Position numbers and translations under genes: made by a program. A stretch of 64,000 nucleotides of DNA from Octopus vulgaris. Lineage: Eukaryota. Shown in pieces: positions 13,677-27,908 of the stretch (the stretch's first letter is position 1; each line of letters begins with the position of its first letter). Location: contig OX597815.1 of the NCBI GenBank assembly GCA_951406725.2, positions 16,244,001 to 16,308,000 on the forward strand, written 5' to 3'. Under the pieces are notes generated by a model. It had not been told where the DNA came from. It saw only the letters and a program-made list of their open reading frames with translations, and made no database searches.

Positions 13677-16600
13677 GTGTTTGTGTGTCTGTGTTTGTCC
13701 CCCTAGCATTGCTGGTGTGTTTACATCCCCGTCACTTAGCGGTTCGGCAAAAGAGACCGATAGAATAAGTACTGGGCTTACAAAGAATAAGTCCCGGGGT
13801 CGATTTGCTCGACTAAAGGCGGTGCTCCAGCATGGCTGCAGTCAAATGACTGAAACAAGTAAAAGAGAGAGTAAAGAGAATAGTGGTGATTTACAGACAG
13901 AAGACTAATTGAAAGAAAAAAACAAAAAAACTCACCATGAATCAACAAGATATTGGTTTAACAAGTAGAAGATCTGGAAATATTTCTGTTGTTTGGTATT
14001 CTCTTGGTAGACTGGAAGATTTTCCAACTGGGATTGATCCTGGTAGAGATTTCGACTTAGTTGTGATGATGATGTCCACAGAGAAATGTCAACTGGTCCA
14101 ATGATGCCAAGACACAGAGCTGCTGCCTCTGCTACTTCACCGGATCCATTCTGAATTATGCATGCTAATTCTTGGACGAGCTGGCACACGATATCTTCTG
14201 AACCATCTAAGAAATATAAAGCAAATGTCTGGCTATGAGATGAATCAAAGAGTAATTAATTATATCCGTCCGATTGCATGGCACCTTGGGCAAGTATCTT
14301 CTACTATAGCTTCAGGAAGACAGAAACTTTGTGAGTGGATTTGGTAGACAGAAACTGAGAGAAGCCTCTCTGCGTGTGTGTGTGTGTGTGCATTTCCCAT
14401 CATCGCTTGACTGTCAGCATTTGTGTTTACATCCTTGTGACTTAGTAGTTTAATGGAAGAGACTGATAGAATAAGTACCAGGCTTTAAAGAATAAGTACT
14501 GGGGTTGCTCTGTTAGGTAAGGGTTGGTGACACGAAGAGCATCCGGCAGTAGAAAATCTGGCTCAACAAATTCTGACCCATGAAAGTATGGAAAAATGGT
14601 GGTGGTGGTGGCAGAGAAGAAGAAGAAGAAGAAGAAGGAGGAGGAGGAGGAGGAGGAGGAGGTCAGGCAATAGTTCTGCTAACATTCTATACGGCAATGA
14701 AACATGGAATACAACTGAAAAGACGGTCAAGAAGGAAACGTTCCACCAACACTGCTTATGGAAGTTCTGCCAAATCACCTGGTGAGTCCTATTTTGTGTG
14801 CCAATCACTCAGCATGCAAAGATTTCAATCACATGATCACTAGAAGAAGGAAAAGGGCCAGTGCAAGAACACCTAGTGCCAGACATTTCAGGAAGAATTC
14901 AGCTGCATGAGTTCTAGTTGGTCAGGAGTGGACAGAACTGTGAAAGATCAACCACACTGGGAGAAGCTTCACTTGTTACGTCTCACACAATGCAAGAGTC
15001 TAAGTAAGTATTATTACTGCTATTATTTTTATTATTAATAAGTAAACCACCAACAACATCATACAAGCAGTGTTATCTGAACGTGATCGTTGCCAGAGCG
15101 GCTAACCGGCTTCCGTGCCAGTGGCACGTAAAATGCACCATTCGAGCGTTTTCGTTACCAGTGTTGCCTTACTGGCACCTGTGCCAGTGGCACATGTAAA
15201 AAGATTCGAGTGAGGTTGTTGCCAGTACCGCCTGACTGGCCCCCGTGCCAGTGGCACGTAAAAAGCACCCACTACACTCTCGGAGTGGTTGGCGTTAGGA
15301 AGGGCATCCAGCTGTAGAAACTCTGCCAGATCAAGACTGGAGTCTGGTGCAGCCATCTGGTTCGCCAGCCCTCAGTCAAAATCGTTCAACATGGAAAGCG
15401 GACGTTAAATGATGATGATGATGATGCTCCATGAAAATATTTCTGGTAATAAGGAAATATTATTAGGGTTGGTGACAGTAAGGTCATCTCGCTGTAGAAA
15501 ATCTGCTTTAATGAATTTTATATGACCCATGCAAGTGCAGAAAAGTGGATGTTAAAGCAATAATTATCACTTAATTATTATTGAGCCAGCAGAATTGTTA
15601 GCACATTGGGCAAAATGCCTAGTGGCATTTTGTCCATCCTTACATTCTGAGTTCAAATCCCACTAAGGTCGACTTTCATCCTTTCGTAGGTCAATGAAAT
15701 AGGTACCAGTTACGCACTGGGATAAATGTAATCGACTAACCGCCTTCCCTCAAATACTATAGGTTAACAAAAAAAAAACCCTGTAGAGGCTATTTTTGCC
15801 TTTCTTTCTTCCTTTAACCCTTTCGTTACCAAACTGCCCGAAAAAAATTTTGGTTAATGTGACCAAACCGCCCAAAACCACCCGAATTTACCTATACATA
15901 TTTAAATGAGAATATCAGAGAAAATCTCTTTAGTACATTCGTGAAAATACGTATTATACTTCATAAAGAGTTCAACTACAGTTTTGTACAAGAATCGAAG
16001 TGTAATTTTAATTCCGTGAATTTTGGGAGATTTTTTTCCGAAATTTGTTCCTATTGTGTTTTCAAAATTTGTAATTCTGACAAAAAATGGATACAAATTT
16101 CATTATTATCAAGCAGAGAGTCAGAATTCGAAGGATTTTCTACTGAAGACCTTCATAAATCTAACTCTATGACTGAAAAAAAAAAAGCACGTGGTATTTG
16201 ATAATGAATCTGATGTTTCATTTTCCGAAAGTGAAAACAGTGAATCCGAGAGCTCCGACAGCGATAAAGAAAATGAATTGGCACCCGAATAGAGTGAAAA
16301 TTTTAAAACTGTTTCTTTCGGTGATTTTTCTGAAGAAACTGGACCAAGCCACAGACTTTCCCAGAAGAGTAAAGCCTTAGACTATTTCTTTTTACTTTTT
16401 CGAATGAGCCTATTTGAAATCGTTACGGCGGAAACGAACCGTTACGCTAAACGTAAACAAAACGAAAGAAAGTATAGTTAGTGGTTTCCCATAACCTTAA
16501 ATGAAATTAAGACTATTTTGCCATAAATATTATTATGGGTATCAGAAAGTTACCCAGAATAACAAATTGTATCGTAAAATTTTGTTGTATACACAATTGA

Positions 16601-17469
16601 ATATTAGCTAATAATCCATTTTCTATACCGATGTTTGAACAAAATTTTAATAATTTTATATTTTGTTGAATTTACCAGTATCTACCTGCAATTAGAGTCA
16701 CTTTGTGACAAAAATTATAGTATAGAATTGGTTGAGAACATTTCATTAAATTATCTTCCAAAATTTACGTTAATATATTGATAAATAAAAAAGTTATAGT
16801 TGTTTAATGAAACCAGACTAAATTTATGATTATGTTAGAAATTAATTGAAACACATAAGGGGTGTATTTTGGTCAGAAATATAGTAACGAAAGGGTTAAT
16901 GAAACAAGTACATGTTGTGTGCTGGGATCAGACAAATTAACTAAACTCCCCATATTGAATTTGTGGTTTTGTGTCTACGTCAGAAGTCTTCCTCAATATC
17001 ATCGTATCATCACTGCTATACTCAGACTTGTTGAAGCAAAAGTAATAGAAAGCTGAAAGCAAAGCTGATCATAACGAGATCTCAACAAAGAAGGATTGAG
17101 TCAGTGACCAAGATGTTGTAAAGCATCTGGTTTACTCTCTACACAGCCAAGTTATAGTATTACAATAGAACTCCAGATGTGTTACCTTGTACAATTAAAT
17201 CTCTGAATTTATGGGTGTGCTTTTGCAGTTGTTTGTGGAGAAATTTCAAACTTTCTACACTCCGGGTGCCTCTATAAAGTGTGACATCCTTGCCTGTTTT
17301 CAAAAACCATTCAATTTCCTACAAAAACCAATAGAAAGTTGTTTATAGTAACTTGTGATATCATTACATGGATTACATTGTTTCTACTGATATAACAAGT
17401 GTTTTTGGTAAGAATTAGAGTCAGGACTACTGACAACACTACATGAGATAGAGAGAGAGAGAGAGAGAT

Positions 17470-17515
<46 letters not shown>

Positions 17516-20500
17516 ATACATGTAAAGAGAATTATGAGGTAGAGAAAGAGAATGGCAAATATCTAGAAAGATGAGACAGAAGTCATTATACATAAATGTA
17601 GGAGGTGAACGAATTATAGTATATTTAAAACTAAGTTATTCAATAATGATAGAGTTAATAGTTTTGTTTTCTGATAGAACAATTTTTTAATTCAATTAAG
17701 CGTAATGACAGCTTTGGTGTAAGTTTTGCAAATTTAGGAATTTTGGTATAAGTGGAACAATTGTCTCTGCATGCTTTAGTCTAGCTGGTTGACAACTGGT
17801 TTCATGTTCATGTCATTGAATTGTAAAATAACTACTAACTCTCAAAATGGTACAAATGTCAAAATTTGTGAAAGGAAGGAAAATATCAAATTCCAGTCTT
17901 GTTAGCACAGCAAAATGGATATAAATAATTGGAACACAACTGATTAAGTCCTCTGTATATCTTACCAATGAGAACAAAGAAGAGAATTTGATAATCACCA
18001 GAGCGCAATCTATATATATAAAACTGTAGTTGTGTGAGTGTCTGTCTCCTACGATTTAGATTCCTAACTCCTCCCACATTTTGCGGTGCAGTTTAACCAA
18101 ATTCGGGTATCTTATAGTCGTGATTCATATCGAGCCCGTCTGGCTATTAGCGCGCGTCTACGATGAGTCTATGATTTTAAAAATAATTTAACATAATTTT
18201 TTATTCCATTTTAATGCATAATTTTTCGTGTGTCGATGGCGGCGGAGTTGGCGTCCACGCTCAAACACCTGCACCTGTGTTTGCTTCTCCCCCTTCTTCC
18301 CTCCCTCGTGAAGCTGTGGGGAAGGGAGTTTAAGGAAATCAACGTCGTAATGCGTTGTCAAGGAGACCAGCGTTCTTTTAGAACAACGACTTCATGGCTT
18401 GAAGACACCAAAACAGAAATGGCTAAGAAAGCCCGAATTGGCATCTATAAAGGAAGTAACTCTCTAAAAATGCTTATATAGTTATTTCCCTTACAAACCC
18501 GAGCAACGCCGGGCGATACTGCTAGTTAAATATGAACTATAATATTTATAAAACTCACCTGTTGAAGAGAAAACTTGCCACATTTATATTTTAAAGATTG
18601 ATGCCTTTTTCGGAATTTCTGAAGAGTCTCACTCTTGGGAAACGGATCCAGCTCCAAAATTCCTTTTTCATAATTATCATTAAATATCATAGATTCTAAC
18701 AGATTAAGAACCTAAAATTTAAGAACAAACATTTTAGAACTGACTAACTTATATACCTTGATGCTCACTACATCTAGACACATTTCAGTACAAATGAACT
18801 ACCACAGACACACACATATATATTCACATATACATATCCATAACCTGATGCACACAAACATATCCACAGACACAGAAACGAAAACAGAGTCTCACATCCA
18901 GACACACACACACAAAACATTACAGAAATAGATTCATACTGGATAATGATGTTGGGGATTACACTGACCAAATAAAAGGTGGTGGTCATGGCTAGTATGT
19001 CTGTGATCATATATCCACCCAATCAGAGCTGATAAGAAATTAGGCAAAATCAAAATTTAATTACACATAAACAGTTAATTTTATATATTTCTGTGACTTG
19101 ACTTGACTTGAGACAGCATTCACCCAGGGTGGGTTGAGCTGGCTTCATTCATCCTCAGTGCTGCATCTCTCACAAATGCCGACCAGGCCTGGCGATTTGA
19201 GGCTAACGACCGCATGATCTCCAACCACTCTTTGTTCCAGCGGCGAACGCCATAGATATGGGGGCCTAGGTTGGGTTCCAGATTAGCCTTGACTGTCACC
19301 AGCCAGGTTTTTCGTTGCCCACCACATCGCTTTCACCAACCCTGAAGGAGAGCTGGGGTAAAAAAAAATATATATATATATATATAAATCAAAATCAAAA
19401 TCATAATCTGATACCAGTGCCGGTGGCATGTAAGAGAACCATCCGAACGTGGCCGTAGCCAGCGCCGTCTGACTGGCCTTCGTGCCGGTGGCATGTAAAA
19501 AGCACCATCCGACCGTGGCCGTTGCCAGCTTCGTCTGGTGGCACGTAAAAAGCACCATCCGATCGTGGCCGTTTGCCAGCCTCGTCTGGCACCTGTGCCG
19601 GTGGCACGTAAAAAGCACCCACTACACTCACGGAGTGGTTGGCGTTAGGAAGGGCATCCAGCTGTAGAAACACTGCCAGATCAAACTGAGCCTGGTGCAG
19701 CCTTCTGGCTTCCCAGACCCCAGCTGAACCATCCAACCCATGGCAACATGGAAAACGGATGTTAAATGATGACGATGATGATGATGGTGATGAATTCCTG
19801 AAAGATGTGTTGGCCTAACATTTAAAATCATTCATGCTTACTTAGACTTACAAATGATACATCATAGGGTGGTGTATTGATAATTTATACCAATTCTGAC
19901 TGCATTTGGTAGTAGACCTAGTGTTCTGTTTGGGTTAACAACATTATCTGGTCCAAGGGTGCCTTCTGTGAAATTCATCAGATCAAACAACTCTCTCTTT
20001 TACTCTTTTACTTGTTTCAGTCATTTGACTGCGGCCATGCTGGAGCACCGCCTTTAATCGAGCAACTCGACCCCGGGACTTATTCTTTGTAAGCCCAGTA
20101 CTGATGCTATCGGTCTCTTTTGCCGAACCGCTAAGTAACGGGGACATAAACACACCAGCATCGGTTGTCAAGCAATGCTAGGGGGACAAACACAGACACA
20201 CAAACGCATATATATATATATATATATATACATATATATGACAGGCTTCTTTTCAGTTTCCGTCTACCAAATCCACTCACAAGGCTTTGGTCGGCCCGAG
20301 GCCATAGTAGAAGACACTTGCCCAAGGTGCCACGCAGTGGGACTGAACCCGGAACCATGTGATTGGTAAACAAGCTACTTACCACACAGCCACTCCTGTT
20401 CCTTCCACTTCAGATTTTTCAGCAGGCACTTACATGCAGATATTCAAACTATACATTGATCACACCAATCGCATCGTTGCTGCTCCTCTCCTAACTCATC

Positions 20501-23500
20501 ATTTCAAGCCACTCTCCATGTGGCTCATTATGATTTGAGTTAGTAACTATTTGAAGTTTCTGTTGGGTTAGGATCAGGTTACTCATACATACCATTTTTG
20601 GCATGGTTTTTATGGTTGAATGATTTTCTTATTGGCCATTCCTTTACAGAGTGAACTGGCATACACATATATCTACTTCTATGGTGTGTGTGCACGTTCA
20701 TGCATGCGTGTGTGTGGTCATTCAATGAAGAAAAATCAATTATTTGTCAACTAAATTATTTGCACCTCTTGAATGAATGTAACTGGCCGAGTATTTCACA
20801 GAACTAGTGTGATACAGTGTGTGACAAGGCCAGACCTTCTGAATTACAGGTACAGTCTATCTGCCAGGCTTCTTCACTATTGGCATCTACCCAATTTCAC
20901 TTACAAGGTATGGATCAACCCTGAAGATATAGAAAATGACATTGACCCAAGATTCTATGCAGAGAGACTGAACCAGGATCTTGTGGACAAGTCAGACATA
21001 GGCTACTATAAAGAACGAAGAAAAGTGACTGGCTACAACAGAGTGGGCTATGGAAAGATCCATGCTAGGAATATTATTATTGAAGTAGCAATAGCCAAAC
21101 CAAAGTAATTCAAGAATAGAGTGGGGGCAAGCACTGTGATCACAGAATATTGAATGTGCAAGTTACTGTGGGCCAGACATATCATATGGTTCTCAGACAA
21201 CAGATGGACCTATTCAGTTGTTGAGTGGTGTCCAAGAGATTTCCAAGGGATCACTTGAGACATTTCCAAGATGATGGGAATATGAAAAAAAAAATTGGGG
21301 AAGAATGAAAGCATATTGTAACCAGTGATGTAAGTAGACATTTGATAGTGACATTATTCCCCATAAAACAAACCCCTCACATAAACACACACTATCATCA
21401 TCATCATCATTAAGGACAACAACAACAACAAAAACAATAATATTAATAATCAACATACTGTGTGACTGAAAGTGTAACCACAGCAATAAGGCATCAAGGT
21501 CTTCACAATCTGTGGCAAAAATTTAGAGAATTCCTGAAAAATGAAATAAAGAATTTGGACTCAATGGAATGAACAATAGCAATAATGATGTTTTGGTAAT
21601 TTTGAAGTGTGTATTATGTGTGTGTGTGTGTGTGTGTGTGTGTGAGAGATATATCAGTTATGCAGTGTTACCTTGCTGAATGATGTACTCGAAGCAAAGT
21701 TGAACTGCAGCAGCAGCTTCAAGGCAAGTTCAATGGTGGCTTCTATGTATTTCTCGTCATTACAACACTGAATACTGAAATATAACATAGTATCAGTCAA
21801 TACAGACATTTCTGACATAGATGCAGGGTGAAGAGAAAAGGGGGGGGGTGTTAAGTTCATGAGTTACTCTTATTCTTTACTCTTTTACTTGTTTCAGTCA
21901 TTTGACTGCGGCCATGCTGGAGCACCGCCTTTAGTCAAGCAAATCGACCCCGGGACTTATTCTTTGTAAGCCCAGTACTTATTCTATCGGTCTCTTTTTG
22001 CCGAACCGCTAAGTGACGGGGACGTAAACACACCAGCATCGGTTGTCAAGCAATGATAGGGGGACAAACACAGTCACACAAACATACACACACACACATA
22101 TATATATATATACAAACATATATACGACGGGCTTCTTTCAGTTTCCGTCTACCAAATCCACTCACAAGGCATTGGTCGGCCCAGGGCTATAGCAGAAGAC
22201 ACTTGCCCAAGATGCCACGCAGTGGGACTGAATCCGGAACCATGTGGTTGGTTAGCAAGCTACTTACCACACACCCACTCCTGTGCCTATGGATCACAAT
22301 TTCAGTGTGCTGAAGACTGAGAAGAATTGCTAAATCTCTCTGGTAGGTACAGAAGAAAAAGAAATGGGAGATTGTGAAGTTTATTGTTTTTAATGTCCAG
22401 TTTTTCTATGCTTTCACTGAAAAGTTGTTGAGGCAGATTTTCTACAGCTAGATGCTCTTCCTGTTGCCAATCCTCATCTGTAACCACGTAATGTAATATT
22501 TTATTGTCTTTTGAACACTGAATAGCTCAATAGCCTTACTTCCCTGGGCATGGACACATTGAAACTCCGACGTCTGGCAGCTGACCTGGCAGACACCCAT
22601 AAAATTATCAACCATCGTACAAACAATAACTCTGAGCACCTTTTCAAACTCCACCCATCTAACACCCGTGGACATATTTACAAAGTAAGAAAACAGCACA
22701 GCTCCCATGACTTCAGGAAGCATTTTTTCATGCTGAAGCATGGAACAAACTGCCAGCATCAGTTGTTAGTTGTCGGAGCACTGCATCCTTCAAGACTTCC
22801 ATGCTTCCTGAGATTCGCCAACACTACACTTGATTTTCTCCCCTCCATACACACACAAGCATGTTCACTTTCCAGACATTTCTACATTACTGCATGTACT
22901 TTATATGCACTTTCTGACAAGTTGTGGTGCACCTGAGCACTGTATACAATAATTTCATTATTATTATTATTATTAATAGCTGGATTGCAGAATACCGTCA
23001 AAGAAGATTGCAAACAAACGACATCCTTTGTATGGTGAAGATTTTTGTTTACAATTAATGTGCACATGCCAAGGTAAGAGAAACACACACCGGATTTTTT
23101 CGGTTTGACCGGCAGTTTTTTTAAATAATTTCCACGTAACTAAACACTTTTAAACTTCGTATACTGGTAGAATGTGTTTATAAAACATCTTTTTCTCTTG
23201 GCTTTATTGAGAAAATTCTATAGTTTGTAAGATATTTGTTGTTTTTTTTCTTCAGTTTCTGCAATTTCAACCAATCAATGACATTTATTGAGGTGAAAAC
23301 ATTCTGTGCTGTATGAATATGTCCCTCGTTTAAGAAACAGATTAGGTTTATTTACATTTCTGAAGAAAAAAAATACCTTTCCCCCTAACCCTAACACAGA
23401 TTGAAATGCAATAGATCGATACTAGGGTTATAATTATGGGTGACAATTTCATATGACACCGCTAGAAAAAACTACCGTTCAAACCGAAAAGATCCCACAC

Positions 23501-26500
23501 ACCCATTCATGCATGCATGCACATAACACATACATATTTACATGACAGACCTCTTTCAGTTTCATTCTACCAATTTTTTACTCATAAGGTATTAGTCAAC
23601 CCATGGCTATAGCACCAAACGTCAGTCAACAGTGTCCAAGCGAAAAGAGTGAACACTCTGTAGTGAACTGTCACACTGCCATGAATTTTTTAAAAGAAAT
23701 GAGTGACATATGTGGAGTAATTCTTAATGAAGAGTAAGCCTCTATACCATTTGTTGATCTGAAGAAAGTTTTTGACAGGGCATCATGATCTGTAGTATAG
23801 TGATCTCTTGCTGTAGAGAGACTGCTTCTGAGCCATATAGTAGATGGCCAATTCTACTATATGGCTCAGAAACCTGGACGTTATCAAAGAAGCTTGAGAG
23901 GCGGTTGGATGGAACCTACACTCGCCTCCTTATGAGAGCTCAAAATCTCTCAGGGAAGCGCCATCCAACCAAAATGCAAATATATGGGAAACTACCACCT
24001 GTGTCATCTCTTGTGAAAGGTAGGGGAGTCCAGTTTGCTGGACATTGTTGTAGAGCTGAAAAAGAAGTAATTTCTACTCTTCTCCTCTGGAAGCCATCTA
24101 CTCGCAATACCAGAGGGCGCACACTCTCCTACCCTGATGTAATCTCCAGGGATACAGGCATCCAGCAACAGGACCTCCGTAATGCTATGATGGACCGTGA
24201 AGTCTGGCGTAGCATGGTAAATTCCATTGTCTCGACCACGGTCGAACAATGATGATGATGATGATGATGAGACTGCTTCAAAAAGCAGTGTAAATTATAT
24301 ACAGACACAGGCAGCAAAGTGAATGTTAGCAAGATCAGTGAGGAATTTAGTGCATGTGTTCATTTAAGGATTACTTCATAGCCTTTGATTGTTTATTATA
24401 GAGAATCTTCCGAAAGAATTACACCCAGAATATGAATAGAGTGGAAAAAGTTCAGGGAGCTGTTGTTGCTTCTATTTTGAAGCAAATTCTATGATGCTTG
24501 TGTACAAACTGTTATGCTGTATGATACTGAGATATGAGCACTGAAATCCAGTGATAGTGTGAAGGCTGGAAAGAAATGAATATAACATGCATAGCTGGAT
24601 ATACAATCTTAACCCTTTAGTGTTCACACATTCGCTCGTGGCCGTTTGCCAGCTCTGCCTGGCAACCGTGTCGGTGGCACGTAAAAGCACCATCCGTTCG
24701 CGTCCGTTGCCAGCCTCGGCTGGCCCCGTGCCGGTGACACATAAAAGCACCGTCCGTTCGTGGCCGTTTGCCAGCTCTGTCTGGCCCCGTGTCGGTGGCA
24801 CGTAAAAGCACCATCCGTTCGTGGCCGTTTGCCAGCACTGTCTGGCCCCGTGTCGGTGGCACGTAAAAGCACCATCCGTTCGTGTCCGTTGCCAGCCTCG
24901 GCTGGTCCCCGTGCCGGTGACACATAAAAGCACCATCCGTTCGTGGCCGTTTGCCAGCTCTGTCTGGCCCCGTGTCGGTGGCACGTAAAAGCACCATCCG
25001 TTCGTGGCCGTTTGCCAGCTCTGTCTGGCCCCGTGTCGGTGGCACGTAAAAGCACCATCCGTTCGTGTCCGTTGCCAGCCTCGGCTGGCCCCCGTGCCGG
25101 TGACATGTAAAAGCACGTAAAAAACACCCACTACACTCGCGGAGTGGTTGGCGTTAGGAAGGGCATCCAGCCATAGAAACACTGCCAGATCTGACTGGGC
25201 CTGACGAAGCCTTCCAGCTTCACAGAACCCAGTTGACCTGTCCAACCCCTGCTAGCATGGAAAGCGGACGCTAAACGATGATGATGATGATGATGATGAT
25301 TATTCTGCCAAAATTAATGCTTTTGTAACGAAGGATCTGTTATTGAAGCACTGAAAGGGTGTCGATATCCGATCTAGTCACATATAAAATCTTAGAAAAC
25401 AATACAGACGAAGTCAGGTTAAATGGTGAAAAGACAGTAGTTCTGGTTTATTGATTGCGATGTCGTACGTTGTCTGGTGGGAGAAAGACAGCCTCTGATA
25501 TACAGCTTCGTGTTAGTTGTTGAAGTTGGTTGATGGTCGTTGGCGCTATGTCGTAGCACGAGTGGTTGTCAGAGCCTGTGAATTCGCGTCCGATCGCAAT
25601 GCTGTCTCAGCCGAAGAGGGAGATTTGAGCTTCGCGGGCTCGAGGGAATGTTTTCCCGCACATGCGCACGGGGAAGACTTCCGGTGGCCACCCGGAAGTA
25701 GTCCCATTCTGCGCATGCGCGCCGAACCCTACACAGTAGCATCACTACACTTTTTTATCCACATTATCTTGTAGCTATGAGATTTTGATGAGGTAGCTGT
25801 TAATTTTTAAGATGATATTGTAGGGTTGGTGCGAGAGACCAGATCTGGCCAGTTTGAACATAAAACAAGCAGAATACTTTTGGCCAGATATGGCCAGTTT
25901 AAATGCTAAAGGGTTAATGAGTATGAGTGATGAACTGAGAGAAAAACTAGGTGTAAGAGGTTTCGTATATAAAGTGCAAGAGAAATGACTGTTAGTATAG
26001 ACATGTAATGTGCATGGATGATGACATGTGGGTAACAAAAAATACCAGAAGCTACAGGTGCAAAGAAACTGTAAGACAAGAAGATATGAGCAAATGTGGT
26101 TAAGCTGATCTTGGGATATTGAACTTTACAAAACACGAACACAAGAGGTGGAATGCAGTGATAAAAAGGGGGTGAAAAAATGATGAATTGGAAACAAGTT
26201 TTCATTTGTTAAGAACTTTTAGATGCCACCATAAACCTGCCACATGCATGAAAGCACATTCTAAGATAAAACTATCATCAACAACACCATTAGTACTATC
26301 ATCTATTTCCACTGACCACTCCAAAGATTAATCAATGTGCTTCACCAACCTAGAGAATGGCCAAAAATTAATAGATAAAATATCCTTACACTTTGATTTG
26401 CTGTCCAAGTCGCTCAATGAGGTATAAAATTCGGCAGAGTACTTCTCGAAAAATATAGAAATGACAGTCACCGAGTTTGGTATCAAATTCTTGGAGTAAA

Positions 26501-27863
26501 AGGTCAACAAAGAGGTGATAGCTGCACATGAGTCGGTACTGCTCTGACAACTGGCTGCAGCTGTTCAGATGTACTCCCAGAAGCAACAGAATCTTCCAGA
26601 AGTGATCCTGAAAGAGAACTTGTGCAATTAGTCTAAACTGATTTTGTGTATTTATGGAATGAATGATAGTATATAGCTTTTCAGTAACAAGGGTTAATAT
26701 TTTCCCTATCATGCATGATTACAGCACTGAAATATACACAATAACCTCTTCAGTCAGTACAGGGTCCTTACCTTCACTGCTATACAATACAACATCATCA
26801 GCAGCAGCGTTTAACGTCCGTTTTCTTTTTACATGCCACCGGCACAGGTGCCAGGGGAGGCTGGCAACAGCCACAATCGGTTGGTGCTTTTATGTGCCAC
26901 TGGCATGGAAGCCAGTCAAGGTGGCGCTGGCATCGGCCATGTACAGATGGTGCTTTTTACATGCCACCGGCACAGGTATCACAACTACAATTTCTATTTG
27001 ATTTTTTGATGTTGATGGTGATGTACTTGACTCAATAGGTCTCCTCAAGCACAGCAGGTCGCCCTACAATCCAAGGTAAGTACAGGAGGCCGTCCTGCGA
27101 TTCAAGGCACTTTGGAAAGGCTGGGGCTTCTATGTGAAGCTGGTGCAGGAAACAGCCATGAACTCACATTATTTGTCGAGTCTTCGCAGTCGGGTCATCT
27201 CCAGTAATTGTAGGTCCTCTATCCCAACTGGCATACAACATCACACCAGTGACACACAAACCAAACTGTCTCTCTAGTCATCACTGGTTCTTTATTGTCA
27301 TGAAATACAATGTCACTGACAAATATACAGACTCACCAGACACTCAGGTATTTTGTTTCTTGTAAAAAGATCAAAAGGTCACTTACTGCATGTAGGGACA
27401 GGTAGTGCACAAGAGTTGGCTTATGTTCTTCAGTGATGCTGGAAGAAAAATTGTTGGCAAGGTACTGCAGGGTTGTCATGATGACATCTCTCTTGTAATA
27501 TGGCGGATTAGGATTTGGTGTTAACACACTGAAAAAATGAGTTGAGGGTTGGTGTGATCACAGTGAAATGATGAGTTGAAATGCTGGGATATCCATTTCT
27601 CTCTCTCTCTCTCTCTCTCACACATACACACACACACACAAAGTTTGTCCAAATGAAATGGACTTTTAAACAGTGTACCTAGCGTCTAGTGCAGTATGTT
27701 TGCAACTGCATTGCTGTGCACAGGTGATCTTGACCTTCAATCTAATAATAATCACCTCATACCACATCAGCCAGTTATTGATCTATAGTGGTTAAGAGTG
27801 CAGGCTACTAACCCCAAGATTCCGAGTTCGATTCCAGAGCAGTGACCTGAACAACAACAACAA

Positions 27864-27908
<45 letters not shown>

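Noticed and set aside
20773-21330. 111-aa ORF as a nested gene
   Set aside because: A mosaic of decayed SINE and RTE-like sequence (WA.HI..FSDNRWT..V.EW.PRD remnant).
24637-25117. CRISPR-like array of palindromic repeats
   Set aside because: Units are contiguous with no unique spacers, there are no cas genes, the context is a eukaryotic intron, and the array is part of family R.
24472-25245. 257-aa ORF and other recurrent ORFs (FLQLDALPNANHS, TCHRH)
   Set aside because: Translations of the GC-rich non-coding repeat, open in several frames at once.
27337-27360. Alternative donor TG|GTGAGT extending exon w21, or a microexon
   Set aside because: Phase 2 is incompatible with the phase-0 next exon, and a microexon would need a 28-nt intron.
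27774-27846. Functional tRNA gene
   Set aside because: D, anticodon and T stems are imperfect and the sequence continues into a repeat body, so it is better read as a SINE head. The same holds for family A, B and C heads.
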